This document shows, one piece after another, positions 1-12,550 of a DNA stretch of 64,000 nucleotides; the stretch's first letter is position 1, and each line of letters begins with the position of its first letter. The stretch comes from Syncephalis fuscata S228 (lineage: Eukaryota; Fungi; Zoopagomycota), in assembly GCA_025786725.1 (NCBI GenBank), contig JAHLTZ010000001.1:124001-188000 (forward strand), written 5' to 3'. The notes beneath the pieces are model-generated. The model saw only the letters and a list, made by a program, of their open reading frames with translations, ran no database searches and was not told the DNA's origin. The position numbers were made by a program, and so were the translations under genes.

Positions 1-1051
1 AAAACCATTATTATATTTTATCTTTAATAATTATTATCAATTATTTTATTTTACTTTTCCTTAGCTTTGTTACAAGTGTTATCTGGTCTACAATCATTAA
101 ACTAGCATAATCGTTAATTACTAAATGATCATTATTATCTTTACAATATCATAACAAATTAATTTGTTTAAGGTAAGGGTTGTTTATTAACGCTCACTAT
201 TAGTTAACCAGATATGTAAACAAGCGTAAGCAAGAGTTGCCACAGTATATTATTTGATTACTTTGGAACATTTGAGGTCGATTATTGATGTTGTTGGCCA
301 TGCGTAGAAAGATTGATTGAATATTAATAGAAGCCATATGATTGTAATTCCATGCCGTTCCGCATTTGTTGTTATTGCATCTATGTACATCATTGATTAT
401 TGCGTCTAAATGGTCTCTTCTATTTTCTAATATTTTACTATTGCATTTTGGGCATATTTGTGATGTAAGATCAAGATTAATATAATTATTATAAGTGTCG
501 TTTATTAAACTGCCACTTTTCCTATAGCCAATCTGACCAAATAAATGGCATTTTGAACAATTAATATCATAATGACAATGTATATATTAAAGCAATAATA
601 AAATAACTAATTAATTACACATAAATTAGTCAATGTTGAATGCAATATTATACATAAAAAGTGATAAGTGTATGTTTAATTGTATTTAAAATATTAAAAA
701 AAAGTAAAATGAATAAATATAAAATGTGAGAGTAAAAGTAAAATGGCTTCATTAATATAATACCAACAAAGGATAGTAGTGAAAAGTATCGATTTAGTGT
801 TTATTTGGTACAACAGCGTGTTATTTAAATTGGATAGCGTTTAAAGTATACAACTATTGTAGAGGTAGCAGTTTTAATCATTTATAATAATTGGTAAAGC
901 AATATATAATATTATTATATATTTAGATAATTAAATTACAACAGTTAAGTTAACGTCATTAATATTGCTTATTTAGTAGCCATTTTTATTTCAATATTAA
1001 TTAAACGAAAGGACATATACTATCGGACATTGACGCACAGTACTATTTATT

Positions 1052-2601
1052 TCATCTTCTACTAGCGCATGAGGCGCACAGCCATCGTACATTGCCGTCG
1101 ATCTTTCTAGCTCGCAGGCCACCGTTCCATCGGTTCGAGTCGTATTTGTCCAAAAACCGTCCAAGCTCCGCTTTGGCTGATCCGGATGGATCGTCCTTTT
1201 GTGCTCGGAGCGCTTCCAATAGCTCTTGATCCACCTCGTGTCCTTCAGCAACGGCTTCTTCAAGTGCTACAAGTTGGTCAGAATACCAAGCACGAAGTGT
1301 GTCAGCTAGCATCTCAAGATACTCGCCGGCATCAGAGCTAGATGCAAATACTTCTGCTTGTTCAAATGCACTATCATCGCGTGCAATCAGTGCATCGGCC
1401 GTTTGCGCAACATAGCGTGCGGCATGACGCAAGAAGGCATTGGGTTCGCGGATCGATATACCGTGCTCCTCAGTCAAGTGAGCATCGGAATAGTCGGCCG
1501 ACGCGCCTTCACATAGCAAGCGTAGTAAGAATGTTGTGCGTGACCAGTTCTCTGGCTGGCTTAGTGCTTCAATGCCATCACGTCCTGGCGTCAAAATAAA
1601 CAACCGTGGATGGATATGCACATTAGAATCGACGATTTCACTCGTCATAGGTGTCATAGTGCGGTGAACTGCACTGGGTGTTGCTTCATCGTCTTCAGAG
1701 TCCCATTCAACATCGGTAATGTGTCCGGCAGTAGGTGTACCAATTCCATGGCCCAAATACTCGTTATTGGGTCCATCAGATGGCGCTTCAATCGTTTGCT
1801 GGAATGGCGATGCTTGACGTAGGACAGGTGCTTGTGGCAATGGTCGGCTACCACTTGGATTGGCATGCTCAATCACAATTTGCACATTTTCCATTTGTGG
1901 TGGCGCAACGTTGCCGACCATCGGAGTTTGCAATCCACCGCCATGTATGCCATCCCATGGCTACCGGGCGAATAAAGCTCGACTGCATTTCCTTCTTCAA
2001 TAGGATAGAAGCTACTGCCACCAGATCGACCAGTAATAGCTTGTATATGAAGCGGGGAGACACCAGCCTCACGCGACTTGTACCAAGATATTGGACGAGC
2101 GGCCCGAGGCGGCTTTTCCAGATTGGTATTGGTATATGAAATCACCCCTTGCTGCGTGCCAATATGAAAGTCATCGTCTTCTTCTTCGAGCACAGCCATG
2201 TTACCTTGAAGGTTCATGGCACCAGCTCCACGCATGGCAACAACCTTTGCCACTCGGCCACCATGTACAGGCCGGGTTTGGCTTGAAGCACGTCGATAGA
2301 TGAATAGAGCGGCTGCACACACAACAAGCCCACCGGCACATGCAATACCAGCAATAGCTCCGTCACTTAGCCTACCACTATCAGATGAGCTATTGTTGCT
2401 GTCGCCGCTATTAACACCGGCATTTCCGGAGTCGCTAGACGATGCTGCTGCCTTTGCAACATTGTCGTCACGACGGTCAAGTCGACCTACTGTACTCGCT
2501 TGTACAGCATGACTAATAATAACAAGAATAAGCGCACCGGCTATCAGTGCAATTTGTTGCGGCAAAGTGCGCGCATTGAATGGTTCTCTCTTTCTCCACA
2601 T
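1052..2601 (-). CDS. Single-pass membrane protein: signal-like N-terminus, short Ser-rich ectodomain, TM helix, cytoplasmic Roco-C-terminal-like domain. Two ORFs joined across a 1-nt frameshift at about 1955
   Basis: ORF 1873..2601 has a hydrophobic leader, DRRDD, a Ser/Gly tract and TM LSDGAIAGIACAGGLVVCAAALFIYRR. Adding one G to the GGG run at 1954-1956 reads SHGDGIHGGGLQTPM directly into ORF 1052..1933 (PRLFIL...LRLLCEG...HLTEEHG...GGLRARKIDGNVRWLCASC). Confidence 0.75.
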
Positions 2602-3319
2602 AACAATGAAAAGTCTGAAAGGCAGGGTTGCCGAAGGATAGGATTGCTGCTATAAACAAGAGTGCGGCGTGTTAATGTAATGCTAGAGTAAAATGAGCGG
2701 ATAAATGTGAGAGACTGCGCCAAAGATAATGGCAAAGTGCGAATACTCGCTTCAAAAAGATGCTGTATGCGTAAATAAATGATAGACCTGCAAAATGGCT
2801 TACAAGTTGCTGAGGAGTAAAAGGAATGCCAAATGCTACGATAGAAATGAGAACGAGAGGAAGGCGTTCAATGTAAAGGACGGCCTTTGCAATCTGAATT
2901 TATATTTGACGATGTACCGTTGCAGTTCGATCACACACGCTCGTTTTTGTCACTAATAGCAGTGCAAGTTCATAAAAAATTATAGCGTAGACAAAGAAAA
3001 AATAGCCTGTTCTTATTTAGGGGTGTGCTTGCCATACGTTTGTCAATTTATCTACGCGGAATGGCCGCTATTGTCTCAATAAATGTCCATTCGCTCTTTA
3101 CTTTGTTATCGAAGTAGATGTTGAAAATTAGGCCTTGTTTGTCGTCATCCTTTGAACTAATAATAGCTCTTCCTTTTGCAGAATACATTCTGGGCACCTA
3201 TTCACATTCACATTTACTATACTAGAAATAGATCAGCATGAGCAATATACCATTACACTATCACTATTGGAGCGTAATACTGGATTGTTGGTTCCAAATA
3301 TTTATTACTAAAGTTTGTA

Positions 3320-4305
3320 TTAATCAAAACGCATATGTTGTTTATCATTGTGCTGTGTATTAGCGTGAGATGCTACTAAAGACGTGTTATTTGCTACGGC
3401 TGTTGTTGAAGCTGTATTATTGCTTTTTTTGCTCCTTTCAGTGTTATTACCGTTTGTATTGTTATTTTTATCGTTATTACTGGTAGCAGCAGCAGCTTTG
3501 GCCTTCTCCATATCCTCAGTTACCTTACGCATGGTAGCGCCTTCTCCCGCTGCGAAAAGGGCACGTACGCGACGCTGCTGCTTCTCGGCTAATTGAGTCC
3601 AGCCACGCAGACATTCTACAGGAAACTTGACGAGTGTGGCGGGCATCTATGCATTAACGGTTACTATGTTGCATCACACGGCAGACTTTTTTTAGCTCTA
3701 ACACTTACAATAAAACAATTCTGGTGCCAGAAAGTAGACGTCGCATCCTTCTTCTTTACATGGCGGCCTGCACGTTCAAGCTTTGAAAAGCACAATGCAC
3801 CGACAGGAATGCCTTTGCTACAGCCTGCGCATCGGTTCCGCGCCGTGTCCGCTGTTACTATGGCATACGAGGTAATTGGCCTTGATTCAGCCGCCGCTTC
3901 CATCCCATCTTCTTTTTCGGCTCCATTGCTCGGCTGCACAACCGTTGCACCTATTTTTAAATCCTTGGTGCTTTTAGCTTTCTTTTTTGCCGGTTCTGGC
4001 TTGCTCGGTGATTTTTTGGCTTGTACTGTTTTGGAATTCTGCTTTCTACGCTTAGTCACTGTATTTTTTCCTTTCGCTACATCATCGGCAGCACCATTTC
4101 GCTTGCGTTTTGGCGCTTCTTCCTTGGTCGTTTTCTCGGTTGCTTTAAAGGCATTCCGACCGAAATTAAGAGGTAGTACTTGCTTCTTTGTAGCAACTGA
4201 TTGTGGCTTGTTACCCGTTGGTTCGTTTATCTTTTTTGCGGGTCTGTCATTGCTGCCAGTTGAAGTTGTCGGCTTTGCCACCGATTGCTTAGTAGATTGT
4301 GGCAT
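3320..4305 (-). CDS. Stand-alone PARP-type zinc-finger protein with Lys-rich N-terminus; intron 3647-3708
   Basis: YAIVTADTARNRCAGCSKGIPVGALCF...WHQNCF followed, after a phase-0 GTAAGT...ATAG intron, by LRGWTQLAEKQQRRV, matching the zf-PARP pattern (CxxC...HxxC...L.GW..L....Q..V). Confidence 0.75.
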
Positions 4306-6185
4306 AATGTCAAAAAAGAAAAAAAAGAAAAAACTTATTTATTTTCAAATAATCCATATTTAATACATACTTATGCATGCATCTATGATAACGAGTAACT
4401 TTGGTGGCAAATGACTTTTATTCTTTTAATTGCTCTTTTAATATACTCGCTAATATACTGAATATATGTTCTATGATAATGAGTAGTTTTGGGGGTAAAA
4501 TGACTTTTATTCTCAATGCATTATTGCTTCACTTGTTGTTCTATGATGTACCGACATGTTGGGTAATAGACTTTTATTATTTCACACTCCATTTATTATA
4601 ATTAAACTCTTTTGTTTATAAATATTGACTGACAGGCTCACATCTCACAATCTACGTCATCATATTTCTCTTTCTCTTTCTTCACGACAACATATATCCA
4701 TTGCATATACTTTTACACTCTATATATGCTACTTAGCTGGTGTCAGTAACTACTATTTAAATACAAACACTATTTACATTACTCTCTTGCATTGCTATTT
4801 TGTAATCTAACCTTTTTATAAATCATCACTTTGATTATTGGCATTGGCAGCTGCTGGGCGCATACAAAGCAACAGTAAAGGAAGTACTGCTAGTATAGGC
4901 ATTGAACAAACTTTAGTGACAGTACAGCAGTACAATCCACCACTGTTACTACAAATGTATTTGCACAGTAGCCAGCACAATGGCTTTATTGGATTATACA
5001 CTGCTAGTTTTTAACGATAAAATAATATATAATAATTAAGCATATAATGGAAATAATACGTGTACTAGATCTATACGTACAGAATAGTAGATATATAATA
5101 ATAATAAGCCATAATTATTGCAATGTTTATTGTGTATAACTATCAAATAAATAAATAATACTAATAGTAACGGTATTGATCCATATTATGATTGTCGCAG
5201 TAAAGTATTTAAAGTAGTATATTATGATCATTGATGTCACTTATCACCCATCCTCATATTCAATAGATCAAATGTTATCAAGTTTAACCAATGAAGCTAT
5301 TATTGTAATATTTTTACAACTCTGGAAATTAACTGTTGTAAGCAATGACCACACAGCAGGAAAAGAGTGGAAATAGAGTATGCATTTTGGTCGAAAATAA
5401 AGTAGCTAATTACAAGCATGTTATAAAAAATGGAGCAGTAAATTTATTTAAATATAGCTAATATAAACAAATCTGCGTAGTACACTTGGCTGTGTCAAGT
5501 CTGACAATTAGACTACTAAAAGCTAAAATAAAGTATTAAAATCTTATCGCTATTCGACGTTGTTAATTATTTATGATAGTAGCATAGCTCTTACTGAGGA
5601 TGGTTGTGGCAAAAAACCAACGATATGAAAAGATGCTGCGCAAAACAATCTAAAGTAATAATATAAAGCATTGCCAAATTATGTAAAAGGCATAATCTTA
5701 TCAATTATAATATCAATATAAAAACCAGCACGATATAGCACATACATGTTTGGCTAAATAACCATTTAAAACGTCAATAAAGGTGATAATCTACTTTGCA
5801 ATTTATAAACATAACTGTAGATTAGTAAACAGATTATGCTACAATAAATGTAATGATTGCTAAGATTATATAAAAAAAGTGTGAAACTATCGATACATGA
5901 TCTTATTATTTCATTAAATGCAAAATAATAAATCAATGACCAGCATTATATTATTTAGAAAATATATAAGATAATATGTTTGTGCGTACTAATGCTTTCC
6001 TAATTCCAGCAATGAATGATTATAAATCAAATGTAATAACAAACATATCTAGTTTTATTCTATAATAGAACACAATAAATCTATTAATAACTTATTCATA
6101 TATACTATAATTAGTTAGGTAGTTAGATAACTAAATTAATAAACCATGATTGAAGCTGAAAGCAATCTCGCTTTATTGGCTGAAT

Positions 6186-7921
6186 TCATAATACTGCTAT
6201 AACTAAATAATTAATATGGGCCCTTCTTCTTCTTGCGTCGTACGGTTGTTTGACGGCGTAGCGATCCTGTGCTGGTGATGATGACAATCGGCCACTATTC
6301 TTGCGGTCATCGTTGTCTTTAGCACTATCGGCCTCTAGAGTCGTTTGATTAGCATTATCATCGTTGCTACTAACATTAGCTGGCTCTTGTTTCACTTCAT
6401 CCTCAATGGATGGAACAGTAATCAGCTATTAGTAGGCTGATCATGATCAGATACATCCACCATCACACTGGCCGCCATAACTTCATTGGGCCCTTGAATT
6501 TCTTCATTAGATGTAATAGAATGCTTTAATGATGTATCGGATACTGCAGCTGGCTGTGATGTTGCTATTTTATCCCCTAATTCCGAGTGTAGCGCAAGTG
6601 TTGCATCTGATTTAGAGTTTAACGAGGTTACTGCTGAATTTGAGATATTGGACGAAGATGGTGCAGTTTCATTTAACGAGCTTGTTAATGGAGCTTGATC
6701 GGCAACGAGCACTGGTGAACGTGGTGTTATTGTTGGCGATTCACGTGCACTTCCAGCATTTGGTCTTGATGTGTGTACATTCGGCTGACGGCCATAGGGA
6801 AGTGATACATTCGATTGTTGCGGCGATGTAAAAGCAGATGATGCAGATGAGTTGCGTTCTGGAGTATTTGCATAAGGATAGCCTGGTGCAAAATTTGGAA
6901 TATCCCCGGCAATTACTGTTAGGTCCGGCAATGTTGGCTGGCGTTTAGTGATCTCACTGACATCTAATGGCGTATCGCCCGCAGGTATAATCTCTTCAAC
7001 GGTAAGTGCCACGTTGTTGTTATAAAGATTATCCTGTATTTCATGCGCCGGTGATAATGGTACCGAAAGTGGACGTGATAGACGTCGCTGACTCTTAACA
7101 TCTAAAGTATCTCCTAAATTACTTGTGCTTCCGTTATAAGCTTCAAGATCCAGCATTACTGTTGAGCGTTTGCTACGACGGCCTGTTGCTTCAAGTAAAA
7201 GCTCAGGATCAAAATTAACATCTTGAACGCTGTGGCGTACTCGCGTAGCATGGAATTCGTCAGTAGGCGTGGCACTTCCAGAGCCTGACTTCCGCTCAAG
7301 TACCATTGGCTTTTTAGTCGTACTAATTGTATTACTATCGATAACCGTATCCATCATGTAATCGTTTTGGTTAAAAATAATGGCCGTATTTGACACATCT
7401 TCAAGTGTAAACAATTGCTTTTGTACCAAAACATCACGATTAGTTTGTGAAGAACTCTTTGGAGATTGGGCAGCTGGAACAGTTTGATGGTGCACTACAA
7501 TCGGCTCATTCATGACCAACGTGCTATGACTTCTATTGTTTAAATGCTTTCCTTGGCCACCGCTCTTTCGCTCTTCATCTCCTTCAAAGCGTGCATTTTG
7601 CACTCGACGGCGACGACGAATCCATATAAAAAAGACAGTACCGATTATTCCTGCGACAAACACCGCAGCAATACTGATAAGTACGATACTTGAGACAGCT
7701 AGTCCATTGACTTCAATGGGTGGTTTTGAGGCACTGTCTCCGTTAGAAAATGTAGGAGCTGGACCAGTTAATGGTGGATCAACTGGAGTTGTCGAAGAGG
7801 AAGACGAGCCATTATCAATAGTAGACGACCCAGATGAATCGGATAATGGCGGTGAAGTTGGTGTGGATGGTGGTTGTGATGATGCTGGTACTGATGATGA
7901 TGATGATGAACGGTCAGACAT
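6186..7921 (-). CDS. Single-pass membrane protein with Ser/Pro-rich N-terminus and long disordered cytoplasmic tail; frameshift at about 6422
   Basis: TM IVLISIAAVFVAGIIGTVFFIWI followed by RRRRR. The 531-aa ORF continues in the next frame (ITVPSIEDEVKQEP) into ORF 6186..6395. Likely start is MSDRSSS at 7921. Confidence 0.7.
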
Positions 7922-9854
7922 GGTAGACCGCTTTGTAAAAATCAAACGCTGCAATGTTAAACAAGTTAATGCAAAAATGAAAAGGCGCGTCCAAATAAAC
8001 AGGCAGCGTGCATGCACAATGCCTGATGGTTAAACAATGATATTACTCAATAAATGAGAAATAAAACAAACAAAAGTATGCTTATGCTGAAAACAGTGTC
8101 AACAACAAACTAGAAACAAAGACGAATGTGCTGTTGGCAATAATGGTTCTGGCGGTGGTCAGGGTAGGACCTGAACTGGGCAGTGATAATGATAATGGTT
8201 GGTGGTGCTGGTGATGATGGCGATAACCTGTCGATAATAACGTAGAATCGATGCTTGTCTGTTGAACAGGAAAGGAAACTGTGGTCCCCTTACTGCAAAG
8301 GCGATCAAAGGCAATAAAAGCAACGGTTTTTTTGATGCGTGATTAGCTGCGGATTTACCCAGCATACGCAAGCCCTGTATATTTACACAGAGCGGCAACG
8401 GTGCTAACGAATGATAAGCACGAATATTAACAACAAACTGCGGTTAGAATAACAATATTAAGAACGAAACACGACAAGACAAAAGCATTGATTCTGTAGA
8501 AAAGGCGACGGGTGGGAGGAACAAGATGGCACAATTTTCGTCATAGAATTGTCAGTACAACGACATCCCAACTCGATGGCTGGTTTGAAATTCGACATTC
8601 CGCCGATAACGGTGTAACGCATTGTGACAACATTTAAAATGGGATAAAAACAGCTTGAAAAGGAAATGCAGCGTTTGAATCTCAATGTATGATTGGAAAT
8701 AGTAGTTCAAATTAATTTATTTGGCTATCCACGTAAACATATTAATTGCATGCATATGCGTCTTGATAACATCAGATTTGTTTATGTATTTGATTAAGTA
8801 TCAATTAAAACTTGGTCAAACCTAGTATATGAATTAGTGATCTGAAACAACAAAGCTTGACTAAATGGCATAATTGTTACGGAAAATGGCTATCATCCAA
8901 ATGTTTCAAACTGTCGATTTCTCATCTACAAAGATTTATTGGGAATCCGCTAACTAGTAAGAATTCGATAAGCTGGGAGCTAGCATAATCGTTCCGATAG
9001 TTGTAAAAATCGGAGCTATATTTATTACCATTTTAAAAACAAATCTCGGCTACTGAATGATCCAGCAAGCTTGCCTGACCATTGCCAATACAGAATGTTC
9101 TATATAAAGCTATAAACATATTAATTTAGTATGCGCTGGATTATTGAAGTTATCCAACATTGCCCCGTATCGACTAAATCTATGTGTCTGAGGCTAAATT
9201 AACTTGAAATAAACAAATTCCAGCAACTTCTATAGTCAGTATAAATCCTATATTCCCTATTTCAATATCCGCCGCAATGTTATTCTTTGCTTTGTATTAT
9301 AACTTATTGAGGCAGGTAGTAAACCAATTGCAGCCAACTTAAACGCTGATTGGAGTATTATTACAATGCTATTTTTAAATTGGTGCTGTGTGGCGTTGTT
9401 TAGCCAGCAGTTTACTCGTAGTTATTTACAAGAAATTTAGTAAAAATAAATACAAATATTCCTATTTATTTTGCAGTATAGTACTGTCAACTAACTTGCA
9501 TATTAATACTATTAATGATGTTTTTATAAGGTTAACAATGTAAAATAGTTTGTTCGACTAGTTACTTCCAGATTACAAACTCAACTACTAAATTACCGTT
9601 TTCCACTTTATGAAACAAGGCTTATCTATATAGCTACTAATTAGCTATATTTGAATAGTCGTTCATGCCATTCAGTTCCAATGGAATAGTTCAAAATTTG
9701 CCTAACGGCCGATGTATTCGCCTATAAAACTGGCAATTTTCTTGCGTATTTCTCGCTTTTATACTTACATTTTCACGCCCATACATCACGGACCTTGGCC
9801 GCAATACTCACTGACTCTATCAAATTTCTACATCTGCTGCGCAGAAATACAGAA

Positions 9855-10484
9855 ATGCACTTTCCATCGTCAACTCTAATTTTTGGAGTATTTGTCGCAC
9901 TGGTTGGCACAAGCACCCATCTAGGCGCCTATGGTAGACCGTCCGATAATTCCAAAACATTAAACTCTATAGACCCCGCCACACTAAAGCTGATAAACGA
10001 CAATGGTCTGGTCACACTGCTGCCCGACTTCAACATTGCCAAACCTGATAACACCCATCATTCCAATTCAACGTCTATTGGCGATATAAACAGTGGTGAT
10101 GAAAAGATCACCTTTTATGATGCTTCTGATAATATTATCCGTGAAGCGGAGGTCTCCCATTCCTCAGTCCTTAAGCGTATCGAACAGATCAAATTTACTG
10201 ACCATGAAATTAGTCAGTCCGACAACGGTAAAGCCTTAAAAACAGCTCTAGTTAAGGTAGATTACACTATACGTAATAAGGTTGAAAAGCTTGATATTAC
10301 CTTGTTTGACGGCCGCAAAGAAGCAGTGGAATTTGATTATTCAACATTCCGTAACAACCTCGAGAAAATCACCGTCAGACGCCTATGGAATAAAGATGAC
10401 TATACCGAGTTGAAGGTTGATCACGATATCTTTAACAATATTGAGAAAATCAATGTTGAGCAAAAGTCAGTCAGTCAATTTTAA
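9855..10484 (+). CDS. Secreted protein with four imperfect ~28-aa beta-hairpin-like repeats
   Basis: Signal peptide MHFPSSTLIFGVFVALVGTSTHLGAYG; repeats EVSH..KRIEQIKF, KVDY..NKVEKLDI, EFDY..NNLEKITV, KVDH..NNIEKINV; TATAAAA at about 9724; intronless. Confidence 0.75.
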   Translation: MHFPSSTLIFGVFVALVGTSTHLGAYGRPSDNSKTLNSIDPATLKLINDNGLVTLLPDFNIAKPDNTHHSNSTSIGDINSGDEKITFYDASDNIIREAEVSHSSVLKRIEQIKFTDHEISQSDNGKALKTALVKVDYTIRNKVEKLDITLFDGRKEAVEFDYSTFRNNLEKITVRRLWNKDDYTELKVDHDIFNNIEKINVEQKSVSQF

Positions 10485-10789
10485 CTGCTTTCCTTCTTGA
10501 TATAATAAAAAGTGTATTGTTTTTCTACTTAATGAGCAACTTTAATAAATAAATTTGTGGGAATAGCAATAATTTATTGTTTAATAGTAGTATAATATAT
10601 AGAAAAGCGTAATGGTTCTATTTAGTAATACCAATAGTTTGTTTATTTATAACCAAAGTAATTATATAAATATTTTAACATCGACGTGTAACAGTCATGA
10701 ACATTGTAAAATATCATTATTTATTATTGTTACACTTGGTTATAAGAAACAAAAATAAAACATTTTTAGAACGACCAAAATAGTGATTA

Positions 10790-11620
10790 ATGCTTAACAT
10801 GTTTTACTTTTAATAATTATAATCATCTTAGAAAAGTAATTCTAGTGTAAGTAGATAATAGAATTCAATGGAATTTATGTTAGAAAATAATATTAATTAT
10901 TTAATTAATAAAGCATTGCCAACATTATGTATAACTTTGCTTAGAATAAACCAAATTGTTTAATATTTTGCACAAATGTGTGGATAACATATATGTAGCT
11001 ATTAACAAGTTATATCGTAATTATGTGAAGGAATAATATAATGGTTGTATTAACATGCTAATAAATGCGCAAAAAATAGCCGTTTTATGCTGTTTATAAC
11101 TTATATAATTAAAATACAGCAAAATAATTGGTGGATTTGAGTTCTCCATGCTTAGTTAAGCAGATTGGTGTGATTTATAGAACAATGATTTTTGCACAAA
11201 ATGTTAGTCAAAAATGCGATTTACGTATTTTTAATTCACTTAGTAAAGCATCAATAATACGTATGACTTTACGTAAAGTTATTTATACTATTATCAACGT
11301 TTCGTTAACCAAATCATTTCCATTGTTTTAATTCATATTTTACTGCTTTTCATTACACGATTACATTTAAATTACTTTTTATTACTGTTGCGCTTTCATA
11401 ATATTAGCACAATAATTTCACGTTCAATCTTTTTAAATTAGCGTTTTATTGGTATTTCAAAGTATTATAATTATAAATAAAGTATTTTATTGCCATGATA
11501 ACTATTAAAAGTAAAAATATTACAGTTTATGATGCTCGTATCGTTACAATTCTGGTGATATAATTATATTGGCATAATTATGTGGCTAAAAAATACTTCA
11601 TGCGATTAGATAAATCTATT
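10790..11620. repeat. Diverged, rearranged copy of the 49.3-52.3 kb palindromic element
   Basis: About 10830-11250 aligns with about 50010-50420 (e.g. gttctccatgcttagtta, aatgcgatttacgtatttttaattcacttagtaaagcat). About 11405-11620 aligns with the right arm at about 51660-51860. Confidence 0.85.
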
Positions 11621-12091
11621 GAATAGCCAAATCTACATATCGCTATTGTTAACTGTTTGCAATGCTTATTTATAACTATAGTCCGTTGCTATTTTACATC
11701 TATTCTGTTTACTAAAAGCAATAGATTAATGCAGCGTTGTTGAATATATCACATTTTAAACTTTTGTCTAAATAGTTGTCTATAACATGCTAGAATTATT
11801 AGACAAAAAAATAATCAATTTTACGCTAATATTGCTAAAATCAATAGTAATTTTTTTAAAACATTAAACTATTTAGTTGTATCGCCACTAGCAATGGCAG
11901 TCTTTTACATATGATCTGCCTAATCTGACCCAACACTCACAAGTAAATCAGTAAACTAAAGACAATGAATAGCAATAAAATAACTTTTATTATTTAGCAC
12001 TTTAATGCTGATCTAGTTATAGTACTATTCATTATTCTATTTCAGTTGTAAGTCGTTGCTTGCTTAGCATATTAAGAACTTCTTTGGCAAA

Positions 12092-12550
12092 TTATAATTT
12101 AAGGCCAATGTTTTGAGTCCAGTAAGGTACGCCATTGCTGCCTATAGCCAGGCCACTACCGAAATGAGTAGACTTGGCTACTAGGTTTTCATAATGAACA
12201 GGTGAATTAGTCCAGAAGTCCATGGCTTGCTTCATAGTTTGCTGTCCGTATGCGATGTTTTCTCTTATGTAGTTCCACGAGGCGCCGTCGATGGAGCAGC
12301 GCTGCATTAACTCAGGCTCACCAGGGAATGAATGCTCGTTTCTTTGATTATTAGCTTGAACTTGGCTATGGCCCTGTGCAGCTTTGTTTAAGACAGGATG
12401 CATTGCAAATGGTGGAAGTCTTTTTCCAGCGCGGAATTTGTTAACCAGGGAAAGCATCCCTTGTGGTGTAAAGTCAAGTGGACCGGCGCTTACTTCAACG
12501 ACGCTGGCGGCGAATGCGGTAAGCATGACAAGAGTAGTGAGGAATTGCAT
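12092..12550 (-). CDS. Secreted CAP/SCP (PR-1-like, bacterial-type SCP) domain protein
   Basis: Signal peptide; LVNKFRA...LNKAAQGHS...EH...ENIAYGQ...WTNSPVHYENL...YWTQ motifs. Confidence 0.9.
   Translation of the reverse strand: MQFLTTLVMLTAFAASVVEVSAGPLDFTPQGMLSLVNKFRAGKRLPPFAMHPVLNKAAQGHSQVQANNQRNEHSFPGEPELMQRCSIDGASWNYIRENIAYGQQTMKQAMDFWTNSPVHYENLVAKSTHFGSGLAIGSNGVPYWTQNIGLKL

Noticed and set aside
3593-4363. Long antisense ORFs (also 7536-8033, 39514-40107, 44052-44513, 46150-46614, 46681-47112)
   Set aside because: Shadows of low-complexity or repetitive genes on the opposite strand, with no independent motifs.
5660-5900. Possible further relics of the palindrome family (also about 520-640 and 36860-37060)
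   Set aside because: Only short word matches with inconsistent spacing in very AT-rich DNA; cannot be told from chance without alignment statistics.
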